Source of the DNA: a virus
Strand: one strand, 5' to 3'
DNA: 64,000 nt
Virus record (IMG/VR): IMGVR_UViG_3300024348_000001
Span: 32,001 to 96,000 of that record
Shown here piece by piece: positions 37,010-46,283 of this stretch. Within the stretch, counting starts at the first letter, position 1, and the number at the start of each line of letters is the position of its first letter. The position numbers were made by a program, and so were the translations under genes. The notes beneath the pieces were generated by a model that was not told the DNA's origin, searched no databases, and worked only from the letters and a program-made list of their open reading frames with translations.

Positions 37010-37555
37010 TCACTGAATGTTGTTTTCTGTTTCCCACAACTTAAGTGCTTTGTCGATACCATTTAACGTTTCCTCTGCGGTTTCAACTTCTTCCATACAA
37101 ATCGTGTTAATGACAGATTCTTTAGGTTGATTGGCAACCATTTTTCGTTGATTGTTTATGTGTTTATTCAATAGTTTGGTCAGTAACCGCGCAATAACTG
37201 GTGACACTTTAATTGATAACGTTGCAACTGTAGTTTGCATTTCTCGATTGTCATACGCTTCTGCTGATACGCGGCGCATGGCAGGCGGTTCAAATATCAG
37301 TTTGTTGTCATTGTCATATCCAAACCATGTACCCGGTATTTCCGGTGTACCGTCAGGTAAACGATGCAGTCGTTCTTCCGGTGGCCGTTGATCGAAGGAC
37401 CAGCGCAAATCACTTAAGTATGCTACAAAGTCAAAACAACTGTCATAGTCAGTTAGGCACAAAATGTGAGCATGGAAAATTTCTGATCGTTGTGTCGAAG
37501 TAAGTTCGGACCACGTAGCAAATTCCGGATTGTACTGCTTTGTTGACATCAGCAT
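37010..37555 (-). CDS. Hypothetical protein
   Basis: 181 aa ORF. Confidence 0.65.
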   Translation of the reverse strand: MLMSTKQYNPEFATWSELTSTQRSEIFHAHILCLTDYDSCFDFVAYLSDLRWSFDQRPPEERLHRLPDGTPEIPGTWFGYDNDNKLIFEPPAMRRVSAEAYDNREMQTTVATLSIKVSPVIARLLTKLLNKHINNQRKMVANQPKESVINTICMEEVETAEETLNGIDKALKLWETENNIQ

Positions 37556-37575
37556 ACCTTTTAAAACGATGGGGG

Positions 37576-37788
37576 TTAGGACGAATGCCGTTGGCGGCCA
37601 CTGTACATGGAGTACATGAATTCGTCCATTTGCATATCAAGTTTGAACATTTCGCCAGTTTTTAACTTAATGGCGCACGTGTGATCCGACACGTTATCTT
37701 CCACGTAAACAATTTCGTACGTATTCACCGTCAGTCGTCGTCCGTCGTGTAATCGAGCAACTACAAACGGATTAGGATCTAGGCTCAT
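37576..37788 (-). CDS. Small hypothetical protein (weakly FlbD-like)
   Basis: VNTYEIVYVE..IKLKTG pattern. Confidence 0.5.
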   Translation of the reverse strand: MSLDPNPFVVARLHDGRRLTVNTYEIVYVEDNVSDHTCAIKLKTGEMFKLDMQMDEFMYSMYSGRQRHSS

Positions 37789-38080
37789 GGGTATCTACCG
37801 TAAAAGCCAAACGGATCTTTGCATCGTGACCTTGAAGTAAGACCACGTTGAATTGATGTTGCAAAACACATTCGTAAGTAAGGCGCACTGTTACAGAAGA
37901 CAAACTGAACAATAATTCGTAACCACTTTTACTTTGCAATTCATCTAGGGTCATTTTTTTGTCGTTGTATTCCGCTGACTTTAACGCAATTGCCGGGTTT
38001 TGACACAACGGACAACAAATAGAGTAGCTTGGGCCAGTTTGATTAACTGTCAGTTGCAGGTCGAGTTTTGTTCCTAGCAC
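37772..38080 (-). CDS. Hypothetical protein with CPLC motif
   Basis: 102 aa packed ORF. Confidence 0.55.
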   Translation of the reverse strand: MLGTKLDLQLTVNQTGPSYSICCPLCQNPAIALKSAEYNDKKMTLDELQSKSGYELLFSLSSVTVRLTYECVLQHQFNVVLLQGHDAKIRLAFTVDTHEPRS

Positions 38081-38375
38081 GTTTTTTATTCCTTATCCAT
38101 GTCTCGGGTATAGTCAGGTCAGCAAGTTGCAACGCTTTGACTAATTCATCTACAATCCTGTCCCCGTTATCAGGAAGCATTTCTTTGATCTGATCACGGG
38201 TTAACGGAATGATTTGATACAGATACACAAACCCTGCTTCTTTTTCAATGTGGTTGATTGTGCGCACAGATAGCGGCAATTCAGCTATGGCTGAATATTG
38301 CGGCGTTTCTTGTTCAACCGGAGCGGGTTTAAAGTAACGGCGTTTGCGCATAATTGTTCTCACATCACTAAGCAC
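38043..38375 (-). CDS. Stand-alone RNA polymerase alpha-CTD-like protein
   Basis: IAELPLSVRTIN..EAG...L....DQI....G...DEL, matching the alpha-CTD helix-hairpin-helix pattern. Confidence 0.65.
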   Translation of the reverse strand: MLSDVRTIMRKRRYFKPAPVEQETPQYSAIAELPLSVRTINHIEKEAGFVYLYQIIPLTRDQIKEMLPDNGDRIVDELVKALQLADLTIPETWIRNKKRARNKTRPATDS

Positions 38376-38418
38376 CGACAGTACTTACAGTAACGTGAAA
38401 TTAAGCACGATTCTAGCT

Positions 38419-38973
38419 TTACCCTTCAGTAACGTCATAGCGTCCGGCTTGGAATTCTTTCCAGATGCTACTGGGGCGCGGTCCTGTTTGATTGTTATAT
38501 TTACCTTCGTACTTCAATGTGGTGGTTCCTTCTACTGTATGAAAAGCTACTTGGCAGATTTCCACGTTGGCATAAATGCGTACAGGATGCACAACCGTGA
38601 TTTCCAAGGTCCATGTGCCGTTAAATCCTATGTCACCGAATCCTGCGGTGATGTGCACAGAAATACCCATACGCCCAATTGAACTGCGTCCTTCAATAAA
38701 TGGGGCATACACGTTTGTATGCGTTACTTCATTGGTGTGGCCTAAGTACAGAACGTTAGGTTCCAGCACATAGCCTTCTGGTGGAATTTCAATTGGGATT
38801 GTTGTCGGTTCAGTACGCAAATCCAGTAAATGCGTCGTATCGTACTTTAACAGTGTTTTGCCGAGTGTCAGGTTTACACTGTTCGGGTTTAACTGGCGGA
38901 GTCGAAACGGGCGGATGACTATTTCCCCCGATTGCATCGCTGTTCGTATTGCGTTGGCCGTTAAAACCGCCAT
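38419..38973 (-). CDS. dcd: dCTP deaminase
   Basis: LNPNSVNL, GRSSIGRMG, AGFGDIGF.G..TLE and ICQ motifs. Confidence 0.92.
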   Translation of the reverse strand: MAVLTANAIRTAMQSGEIVIRPFRLRQLNPNSVNLTLGKTLLKYDTTHLLDLRTEPTTIPIEIPPEGYVLEPNVLYLGHTNEVTHTNVYAPFIEGRSSIGRMGISVHITAGFGDIGFNGTWTLEITVVHPVRIYANVEICQVAFHTVEGTTTLKYEGKYNNQTGPRPSSIWKEFQAGRYDVTEG

Positions 38974-39166
38974 GAACTGATCCTTGGTTTACAATTTCGT
39001 AAAATCCTGCACTAAATACTTTTATATACGGCATGTCTGTCGCTACAAGTTCTTTTTGCGGCAACGTATAAAAAGCATCACAGTTAGCTTCTTGCAAGAC
39101 GTAACACGGTTCTTTAAGCAATTGCGCGCGCATATAAGCTTCTTTTAAAGCATCTTGCAACAACAT
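38810..39166 (-). CDS. Hypothetical protein
   Basis: Fills the gap upstream of dcd but overlaps it by about 160 nt. Confidence 0.35.
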   Translation of the reverse strand: MLLQDALKEAYMRAQLLKEPCYVLQEANCDAFYTLPQKELVATDMPYIKVFSAGFYEIVNQGSVHGGFNGQRNTNSDAIGGNSHPPVSTPPVKPEQCKPDTRQNTVKVRYDAFTGFAY

Positions 39167-39179
39167 AAAATTACTCGTG

Positions 39180-39521
39180 TTATTCCTGTGTTTGACTAAG
39201 GACGCGTTTGGCTTCAACCAGCAACACTTGCATTTTTTCTTGGGCAGAACTAACCATAGTGTCGATGTGCTGGATCATGCCCTCTAACATGCGTGTGGTT
39301 TGTCCGATACCGCCAAACAGCTCGCTTGGCGATTTTTCATTCTGAGACCGGGTTTGCCAAATACCTGATATGGTATCGGTAAGATTTAACTCATTGTGGT
39401 AATCAAATATGACGACGATTCCCCGTAAGTCTGCGTGTCGAAGCAACGCTTTTAACGCAACCTCTTGAAATTCCATGGCAACGTCGTGGTCAAAACGGGA
39501 GGGGTTCGTCGTTTCGGTCAT
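39180..39521 (-). CDS. Hypothetical protein
   Basis: 113 aa ORF in the run. Confidence 0.65.
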   Translation of the reverse strand: MTETTNPSRFDHDVAMEFQEVALKALLRHADLRGIVVIFDYHNELNLTDTISGIWQTRSQNEKSPSELFGGIGQTTRMLEGMIQHIDTMVSSAQEKMQVLLVEAKRVLSQTQE

Positions 39522-39843
39522 TTGATTTATTCCATGTTAGTCGCGGCGTACGACAACGGTGGTGAAACACGTCGTTGCCGATGTTTGCAAATCGTGAAAC
39601 ACTGAAAGCAAACGCCGGAAACAACCAAAGGTTATTCTGTGTCAGTTCGCTTGCCAATACCAATCCCGCAAAACAGAAACCAATCCAAACTGAGAAACAC
39701 CAAGGACAAAGCAACAAATTACTGAAGTAATTGTTGTACAGTTCCAGCCGTGCGCGCTGCTCTGCAAACAAAGAACTGTGATGCCATATCTCAATGACTT
39801 GCCACGTGGCGAAAGCCGCAAGCAATAAACTAAACCAATTCAT
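39490..39843 (-). CDS. DUF1360-like membrane protein
   Basis: Hydrophobic helices with LLLCPWCFSVW. Confidence 0.65.
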   Translation of the reverse strand: MNWFSLLLAAFATWQVIEIWHHSSLFAEQRARLELYNNYFSNLLLCPWCFSVWIGFCFAGLVLASELTQNNLWLFPAFAFSVSRFANIGNDVFHHRCRTPRLTWNKSNDRNDEPLPF

Positions 39844-39989
39844 AGTGTTTCTCCGTTGTTAGATTTTTCACGCAAATTCAACAGTAAATACAGTAGAAAG
39901 GATGCTGCAATCATTGGGATGTAACTGCCAGTCAATACTGACAGTATCGTGCCTGCTCCTAAGGAACAGACTACAAACTTAAAGAACAT
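39840..39989 (-). CDS. Small two-TM membrane protein (49 aa, not in the ORF track)
   Basis: Hand translation MFFKFVVCSLGAG...NNGETL; ATGA overlap with the next gene. Confidence 0.45.
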   Translation of the reverse strand: MFFKFVVCSLGAGTILSVLTGSYIPMIAASFLLYLLLNLREKSNNGETL

Positions 39990-40007
39990 GTGTTTGCCTG
40001 TGGAAGC

Positions 40008-40069
40008 GTTGCCGGTGGAATTCTTTTAAGCGCACTACCCGCATTTACGTGCGGAACTCCACCGGCAAC
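40008..40069. other. Intergenic stem-loop
   Basis: 12-bp stem GTTGCCGGTGGA/TCCACCGGCAAC enclosing a CCGCA/TGCGG hairpin. Confidence 0.6.
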
Positions 40070-40074
40070 AAAGT

Positions 40075-40290
40075 TTATTGTACCGGTTCATTGCTCCATG
40101 GTCTCATCGTTCCGCGATCTGGTTGCGGTTTACCTTCTGCTTCAAGGAAGGAACTGATCGGGCGTTTATCGACTGGAAGGAAGTTAACAAGTAAGTCGGC
40201 AGGGTAGACGCGTGGTCGGGGACGGAGACTTTCGTTGGGATTGATTCCGGAACGGCGGAGGAACGTGACGGGGGAGCGCGATTTAGCCAT
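40075..40290 (-). CDS. Small basic hypothetical protein
   Basis: AAGGA RBS; ends next to the stem-loop. Confidence 0.5.
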   Translation of the reverse strand: MAKSRSPVTFLRRSGINPNESLRPRPRVYPADLLVNFLPVDKRPISSFLEAEGKPQPDRGTMRPWSNEPVQ

Positions 40291-40439
40291 GGCATGTGTT
40301 CCTTAAGGCTGGTACTACTGTAGATGCTTAACAATGTTTGCACTGTACCGAGGACAAGGGCAAAGATAGACTCAAAGATCAATTTTAACAAACTGTGCAA
40401 ATTGTCAAGAAACGCGTCTTCGGCACTTTTGCGCGGCAT
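40104..40439 (-). CDS. Hypothetical protein
   Basis: AGGAG RBS; 3' half overlaps 40075..40290. Confidence 0.45.
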   Translation of the reverse strand: MPRKSAEDAFLDNLHSLLKLIFESIFALVLGTVQTLLSIYSSTSLKEHMPWLNRAPPSRSSAVPESIPTKVSVPDHASTLPTYLLTSFQSINARSVPSLKQKVNRNQIAER

Positions 40440-40453
40440 AAGGTACTCCTATC

Positions 40454-42325
40454 GTGACTGAAGCCGTTGATTTAACGCCAAAAATTCTAGAACCTGAACT
40501 TGTTGGCTATACCAGTGACAACGTCAAAAAAATCTTGAAATTGCAAAAGGCATTGCGAGAAAGCGGAACGCCGACGCTTAAGCCTTTATTACCGTTGCTA
40601 TTTTCACTTAAAGGAAAGCCGTATTCGTTGGATAATTATTTTCCGTTTGAGCCGTTTTTTCGTACGAGGATTCCGCGCGCAACGTTACTAAAAACCGGAC
40701 GACAGGTTAGTAAATCCACGTCACTAGCTGCACAAGGAATTAGCACGGCGATTTCAATGCCGTATTTTTCAACGTTGTATGTGACACCGTTGTATGAAAT
40801 GATTCGACGGTTTTCACATAACTATGTTCGGGAATTTATTGAATCGTCACCAAGTAAAGAACTTTTGGTTAGCGAAGACTTGGCGCAAAACGTATTGCAG
40901 CGTCAATTTAATAACGGTTCTAACATGTATTTTTCGTATGCATTTTTAGATGCGGAACGTACTCGAGGTATTCCCGCAGATAAAAATGCTATAGATGAAG
41001 TACAAGATATACAGTATGATTTTTTACAAATCATTCATGAAACACTTTCTGGCAGTCCATATGCTGTGAAAGCTTACTCTGGCACACCAAAGACACTAGA
41101 TAACACAATGGAGAAATTGTGGCAAGACAGTAGTCAGGCTGAGTGGATTATTAAATGTCATCATAGCGGTTGTAACTATTGGAATGTACCTTCGCTATCT
41201 CATGATTTATTAAAGATGTTAGGACCATGGCACGAAGAAATTAGTGAAAAGATTCCCGGAGTTGTTTGTGCCAAATGCCGTAAGCACTTAAACCCTCGGT
41301 CAGGTCGGTGGGTACATGCGTATCCAGAAAGACGTTGGTCGTTTTCTGGCTATCACATTCCACAGATTATTTTGCCTATGCATTACGCCAACCCTGAAAA
41401 ATGGGACATTTTGATTGGCAAATCACAAGGCCGGGCAAATACGACATTTACTACGTTCTTGAATGAAGTGTGCGGAGAAAGTTACGACGAAGGTTCTAAA
41501 CTGTTGTCGGAAACAGATCTTAAAGCTGCTGCTGTATTACCGTGGCCGAACGACTGGCGGAAAGCTGCGGATCAGATCGGTGGATACGTTCGACGCGTAT
41601 TAGCTGTTGATTGGGGTGGCGGTGGCGGCACGCTTAAGGCAACTGGTGACAGCGGTAAAAGCCGCACCAGTTTCACGTCGTTAGCTGTATTGGGTTATCG
41701 TGCTGATGGCATAATTGATGTTCTGTGGGGCATGCGTTCACTTAAAACCCACGATTATTATTACGAATCACAGTTGGTTGTAGAAACTCTTAATCGGTTT
41801 CGCTGTTCTCATCTTGTGCATGATTATGGCGGCGCTGGAGCCATCCGTGAAACGTTTGTGCATCAAGCTGGTTGGCCTGCTGAGAATATTGTGCCGATTG
41901 CTTATCACACAACAGCCAAGCACAACATTATGACGTTTCATCCCGCCACTGAGTCACATCCACGCCACTGGTATTCCGTAGACAAATCACGTGCGTTGGT
42001 GTTGACGTCGCAATGTATCAAGTTTGGATTAATTCGATTTTTCCAATACGATTTTAAATCAGCAGACGATGCTGGTTTAATTCGAGATTTCTTGGCGTTG
42101 CTAGAAGAAAAAATTGATGGTCGCGGAACAACAGATCGATACGTGATTGTGCGGCATCCTAATTTACCTGACGATTTTGCACAAGCCGTTAACATCGGTT
42201 CTTGCGCGTTGTGGCACATTGCAAAACGCTGGCCAGATTTGTCCGTTACTATGAAATTTCAAATCCCTATGGATCTGGAAGAATTAGCCAAACCCCGTCG
42301 CGTCGTCGATTGGGAGGAGATCTGA
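40454..42325 (+). CDS. Terminase large subunit (GpA-like, with internal Zn-finger)
   Basis: GRQVSKST, RTRGI, IDEVQD, SGTP, CxxxxC/CAKC, and nuclease AVDWG ... DDFAQA motifs. Confidence 0.85.
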   Translation: MTEAVDLTPKILEPELVGYTSDNVKKILKLQKALRESGTPTLKPLLPLLFSLKGKPYSLDNYFPFEPFFRTRIPRATLLKTGRQVSKSTSLAAQGISTAISMPYFSTLYVTPLYEMIRRFSHNYVREFIESSPSKELLVSEDLAQNVLQRQFNNGSNMYFSYAFLDAERTRGIPADKNAIDEVQDIQYDFLQIIHETLSGSPYAVKAYSGTPKTLDNTMEKLWQDSSQAEWIIKCHHSGCNYWNVPSLSHDLLKMLGPWHEEISEKIPGVVCAKCRKHLNPRSGRWVHAYPERRWSFSGYHIPQIILPMHYANPEKWDILIGKSQGRANTTFTTFLNEVCGESYDEGSKLLSETDLKAAAVLPWPNDWRKAADQIGGYVRRVLAVDWGGGGGTLKATGDSGKSRTSFTSLAVLGYRADGIIDVLWGMRSLKTHDYYYESQLVVETLNRFRCSHLVHDYGGAGAIRETFVHQAGWPAENIVPIAYHTTAKHNIMTFHPATESHPRHWYSVDKSRALVLTSQCIKFGLIRFFQYDFKSADDAGLIRDFLALLEEKIDGRGTTDRYVIVRHPNLPDDFAQAVNIGSCALWHIAKRWPDLSVTMKFQIPMDLEELAKPRRVVDWEEI

Positions 42326-44002
42326 TTCAACGTCGTCTTCAACGTCACCCGGGTATTGATAAATTTTAGGTTCTTGGAAAAGTCGTGATATGCGGCGAAG
42401 CGACATGTCCCCCGAATTAATCTTGGGTAAGCCAAGTCCGGCATCAATACATGTTGTAATAATTTTTTGCTGAAATTGGTTTTCGTCGGCTAGTTCTGTT
42501 TTAGAGAAAGTGACTGGCAACGCTTCGCCTTTAAACCACAACACACTTTCCGCCACGTGATCAATTCCACGCTGACAGATTGATTTAAGTCTGACAGAAA
42601 AATTAGTCATTTGCAGAAAATCTGTAGGCGCAAGTCTTATAAACCAACCGTCTTTGTTTTCAACAACAAGCCATGCTTTATTTTTGTCAAACAATCGCAC
42701 GCACTTTACGCCATCAATAACAGTGTGCTCTTGTGCCCAGTCTTTGTACTCGTTTGCAATTTCATCAACATCTATATTGGCTAGTAATAAAGCGTTGAAG
42801 AATTCTTTGACTTTGTTTGAGGGTGCAGCCGTTAACCATTTTCGCAACGCATCACGCCAAGGCAAAGCACGTCGAATAATGTAACGCATCAGATCTTCGG
42901 GTTTTTTGGTTTTAATCATTTCAGCAAACGCAGCATCAGTCATGTCCAACAACGCTAGCATGCCACCACTGGAGTAAGCGGCTTGTATGACAGACGGTGT
43001 TGGCGCGCAGCCGACAATGACAATATTTTTTTGTTTAACCGCTGACCACGACACCGTTTGCGTATTTTGATGCGGTTCAAAAAACCACGATACGATAGGC
43101 AAAGGCGTGGTAGACATTAGCGCGTGTCGAGATTGAATACGCAGCGCAATCAACGGATCTTCTAGCGCTATCGCATAATCTCCGCATGTAGTTTGTCCAA
43201 GGATGCTAGCGGACAATCCCCACAAGCCTGCATCGTTTGGTCTGGCTTTGCTATTGAACGTGTTGTCACTGGTACGGCATCGCGTGTAAAGCCTTTGCAA
43301 TTTACCGTGCCTATTTCCAACGCACAGCATGCCTTGAATAAGTCCGGGTGCTAGTTCGTATGGCAGCACCAAAACGTCTCCCCATCCACCCGGAAAACGC
43401 ACAGGCAACGTAATGATGCGATCGTATAAATGCTTTTTGCGAGATGTACCTACGTAATGTTTGTAAGGGCTACCTAATGCCTTTTCTAATTCCTTGTTAT
43501 GGTTTGCAGCAATGTATCGTTCTAATTTAGGAACGAACGATTCCCATTTACGTTGCGACAAATTAAATGTGTTTAGTATCGCGTTAACAGCCATGGGTGG
43601 TTTGCGAAAGTAAGATTCACAAGCTGCCCACGCGTCCGTCGCTTTGTGTCGAGCTGCAATAAATTGTTCTTGGTAGCGCCGAATTGATTCTATCGGTAGA
43701 CTTATCATAGAGGGGACGGCGCGTTTACCAAGTTCGACGAATGTGGCGTCAATAGTCATATTCCAACATGCGGCAAGTAATTCAACAAAGTCGCCATTAT
43801 GTTTACAAGCTTTACAATGCTGCCAACCCACGTTATTTGTGGTATCCTGATAGGCAACCATGCTTTTGACTGCATGACAGAGCGGACAATCAACTGTGAC
43901 CGGCAAAGCGTCAGCTTTGTCAAGATTTAGGAAACCGGCAACAACGTTCCAGTTGAGTTCGATATTAGGAGGGAGCACGCTATGCCTCGTAATGTAGACC
44001 AC
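42284..44002 (-). CDS. Degenerate primase-like protein (Zn finger plus eroded TOPRIM)
   Basis: CPLC...CKAC..GDFVEL; LWGL..IALEDPLIAL; no TOPRIM DxD; start uncertain. Confidence 0.55.
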   Translation of the reverse strand: MVYITRHSVLPPNIELNWNVVAGFLNLDKADALPVTVDCPLCHAVKSMVAYQDTTNNVGWQHCKACKHNGDFVELLAACWNMTIDATFVELGKRAVPSMISLPIESIRRYQEQFIAARHKATDAWAACESYFRKPPMAVNAILNTFNLSQRKWESFVPKLERYIAANHNKELEKALGSPYKHYVGTSRKKHLYDRIITLPVRFPGGWGDVLVLPYELAPGLIQGMLCVGNRHGKLQRLYTRCRTSDNTFNSKARPNDAGLWGLSASILGQTTCGDYAIALEDPLIALRIQSRHALMSTTPLPIVSWFFEPHQNTQTVSWSAVKQKNIVIVGCAPTPSVIQAAYSSGGMLALLDMTDAAFAEMIKTKKPEDLMRYIIRRALPWRDALRKWLTAAPSNKVKEFFNALLLANIDVDEIANEYKDWAQEHTVIDGVKCVRLFDKNKAWLVVENKDGWFIRLAPTDFLQMTNFSVRLKSICQRGIDHVAESVLWFKGEALPVTFSKTELADENQFQQKIITTCIDAGLGLPKINSGDMSLRRISRLFQEPKIYQYPGDVEDDVESDLLPIDDATGFG

Positions 44003-45148
44003 ATCGCTGACAACAACGGCGTTGAATTATACCGTCTGTCGTTGACGCATACTTTGCCAGAATTTGTCAAGAAGGCAAGTCCTGAAAGTATTTATGACGT
44101 CAAAGGCGTTGCGTCTAGCAATTATGCCGATGTGATTAGTCATCAGTTTCCGTGTCACACACCGCAATGCACGTGGTTGAGCACAGCTTTTTTCTTTGAT
44201 AAGAAAGCTGAGTTTTCTGAAAAAGATCAGAAACGCATAGAGTCTCGACTTGAAAAGTTTGCAGCACATTGGGGTATCCGTTCGGAATACAGTGCTGTTA
44301 AGTCTCGTAGTAATCAATTAGAAAAGACAGCTACTGACGTATTGCCTGATTCCAGTTATGCGTGGGTATGGGTTGATGATTCTGGATCAAAAGATCGCAG
44401 ATTGCCGTTGCGCAATGCTTTAGAAGTTAAGACAGCAGCAGATTGGTTACATCAATACCGTGATAATTTCACGTACGCTGATCGTAATCGCATGGCTGTT
44501 AAGATTCTTGAGAAGGTAGCACAGTTTGGCGCTGCCGTTGGTGACAAACTTGAGTTTCTGGAAAAGCAAGCTGGCCACGGCGTATGCAATCCAAAAGAAG
44601 TGCATGCATTGTTGCAGGACCGTATTAAGTTGGCGAACAACGACGAGCACCGCAACATTTTGCAAGCGCTGGCTGACAGCGTGCTTAATACGCCTAAGAT
44701 GGTTCTGACCAGTAATCAATTGGTGAAGTTGGCCACAGTCATCGACACGACGGACCGTGCGCTTAATTTGACTAAGGGTTACGGTTCTATTCTTCAGCGC
44801 CCAGAAGATGTAATTTTTAGCGCTACGTTTACTAAGACAGCTTCTGAATTGCATGAGCATGTATCGACAACGTCTGGCCGCATGTACAACAAACAAGACT
44901 TTGGCAAGGTTGCATTGGATGACCTTAAGTCTTTGTTTGGTGAAGATTTTGCTGACCGCGTGCGAAGTGGACTGGACGTGGACGCGGAAAAGCTGGCGGA
45001 AGAGATCTCAACTCTTCCGCGTCCTGACGCCGAAATGTTTGACTCCCTAATGTCAGAAGTAGGAGTCAAACCCGCAGTTGTTAAGACAGCAGGTGTTCAC
45101 ATGAACAAAGCTGCTGCGGCTTATTATGCTAATTTACTGACGCACTAA
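43982..45148 (+). CDS. Hypothetical protein, possibly head or scaffold associated
   Basis: 388 aa open frame co-oriented with terminase; repeated K-T-A motifs; function is a guess. Confidence 0.6.
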   Translation: MPRNVDHIADNNGVELYRLSLTHTLPEFVKKASPESIYDVKGVASSNYADVISHQFPCHTPQCTWLSTAFFFDKKAEFSEKDQKRIESRLEKFAAHWGIRSEYSAVKSRSNQLEKTATDVLPDSSYAWVWVDDSGSKDRRLPLRNALEVKTAADWLHQYRDNFTYADRNRMAVKILEKVAQFGAAVGDKLEFLEKQAGHGVCNPKEVHALLQDRIKLANNDEHRNILQALADSVLNTPKMVLTSNQLVKLATVIDTTDRALNLTKGYGSILQRPEDVIFSATFTKTASELHEHVSTTSGRMYNKQDFGKVALDDLKSLFGEDFADRVRSGLDVDAEKLAEEISTLPRPDAEMFDSLMSEVGVKPAVVKTAGVHMNKAAAAYYANLLTH

Positions 45149-45395
45149 GCCGTTCTAGAAACCTTGAACGATTTTGATCGCGCTCTTCTGCGGATCCCGG
45201 CGGTGGCAACTTAAACAAGCGTGCAACTTGAATCATCACAAGCACGTAATTACCTTCGTCTTGTTCTAGCCATTTTGTGGCATTACGACTTGGATAAATG
45301 CTTATTTTGTTTGCGCCGTCTATTGTTGTCAAAACGGCTTTGAATTTAAGGCCGTTAAACTTAAACCACTTTTCGTGCTTGATACGTTCTTGCAT
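45129..45395 (-). CDS. Hypothetical protein
   Basis: 88 aa ORF convergent with the plus-strand gene. Confidence 0.55.
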   Translation of the reverse strand: MQERIKHEKWFKFNGLKFKAVLTTIDGANKISIYPSRNATKWLEQDEGNYVLVMIQVARLFKLPPPGSAEERDQNRSRFLERLSASVN

Positions 45396-45679
45396 TATGT
45401 TGCCTCCAGTACGTAATTAGTCACTAGCCAATCAACCTCAGCTTTTACCGCAGCATGATACGAATCAAACACGACGGGCAGACAGAAGTAATGTTCTGTT
45501 CTGCCCGTAATCTTAAACAACGGCTCAAAGTCTACCGAAAATTTACCGGCGCAATCGCCGGTTTCAATTACTTCTACTCTGGATGCACGGGCAGGCATCT
45601 CATGCCTGTGGCGATATGTTGTCGCCTGATCCACTACCTGCCGGATTGATCCGTCCGGGAGGTATCTCTTGACTGTCAT
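45395..45679 (-). CDS. Hypothetical protein
   Basis: 94 aa, TAATG coupling. Confidence 0.6.
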   Translation of the reverse strand: MTVKRYLPDGSIRQVVDQATTYRHRHEMPARASRVEVIETGDCAGKFSVDFEPLFKITGRTEHYFCLPVVFDSYHAAVKAEVDWLVTNYVLEAT

Positions 45680-45845
45680 TGGTGCTTAGTCCTTCCCATG
45701 TCTCTGCTGGCCATTCTTTGTCGATCATGTACCGCCACTGCATTTCTTGATCGAAGCATTTACGGCAGACAGCGATAACCCACGTAGGCGTCAGTCGCAG
45801 GTTACGGCGCTCGACTGTATCGTTGCAACTGTCACACGTTCTCAT
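45600..45845 (-). CDS. Small Zn-finger-like protein
   Basis: CDSC...CRKC. Confidence 0.5.
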   Translation of the reverse strand: MRTCDSCNDTVERRNLRLTPTWVIAVCRKCFDQEMQWRYMIDKEWPAETWEGLSTNDSQEIPPGRINPAGSGSGDNISPQA

Positions 45846-46077
45846 GTTCAGTTCTCCGCCATGCAATCGAACTAGGCGTCTCTCTGATCATCCATTCGTA
45901 CCCAGAGCCAACTTCCAGCATCGTGATGTGCGCGATGCTTTCCAGCTCGGTTCGATACTCACTAGGATCAGCGTGCTTTACCATATCTTTTGCTTTTTCA
46001 AGCGCTTCGTAACGGTTGTCCGCAAGCACGTCTAGCGTGTGCGTTTGAATTGACGTGATCTTAACTTGGTATTTCAT
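45832..46077 (-). CDS. Small phage protein (DpnD/PcfM-like pattern)
   Basis: MKYQVKI...V.ADN..EALEKA. Confidence 0.6.
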   Translation of the reverse strand: MKYQVKITSIQTHTLDVLADNRYEALEKAKDMVKHADPSEYRTELESIAHITMLEVGSGYEWMIRETPSSIAWRRTEHENV

Positions 46078-46259
46078 CCTAACTGCTCCTTTGCGGCTTC
46101 GGCCATCTGTGTAAGTTGATCGAGAGCGGCTTCAAACTTATCGTCATTGCTACCTGCCAATTGCACCGCTTTGTCCAGTGCCAGTGGGTATTGCAGGTTC
46201 AGTTCGGTCAGCACCTTCACACAAAGTACCAATGCCGCTGCTTCTGGTCGTGAATACAT
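46074..46259 (-). CDS. Small hypothetical protein
   Basis: GGGAG RBS plus upstream motif. Confidence 0.65.
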   Translation of the reverse strand: MYSRPEAAALVLCVKVLTELNLQYPLALDKAVQLAGSNDDKFEAALDQLTQMAEAAKEQLG

Positions 46260-46271
46260 GACTGTCTCCCT

Positions 46272-46283
46272 ATAAGTACTTAT
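46272..46283 (-). promoter_or_regulatory. ATAAGTACTTAT 12-bp palindrome
   Basis: Core lies 13 nt upstream of ATG 46259. Confidence 0.55.
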
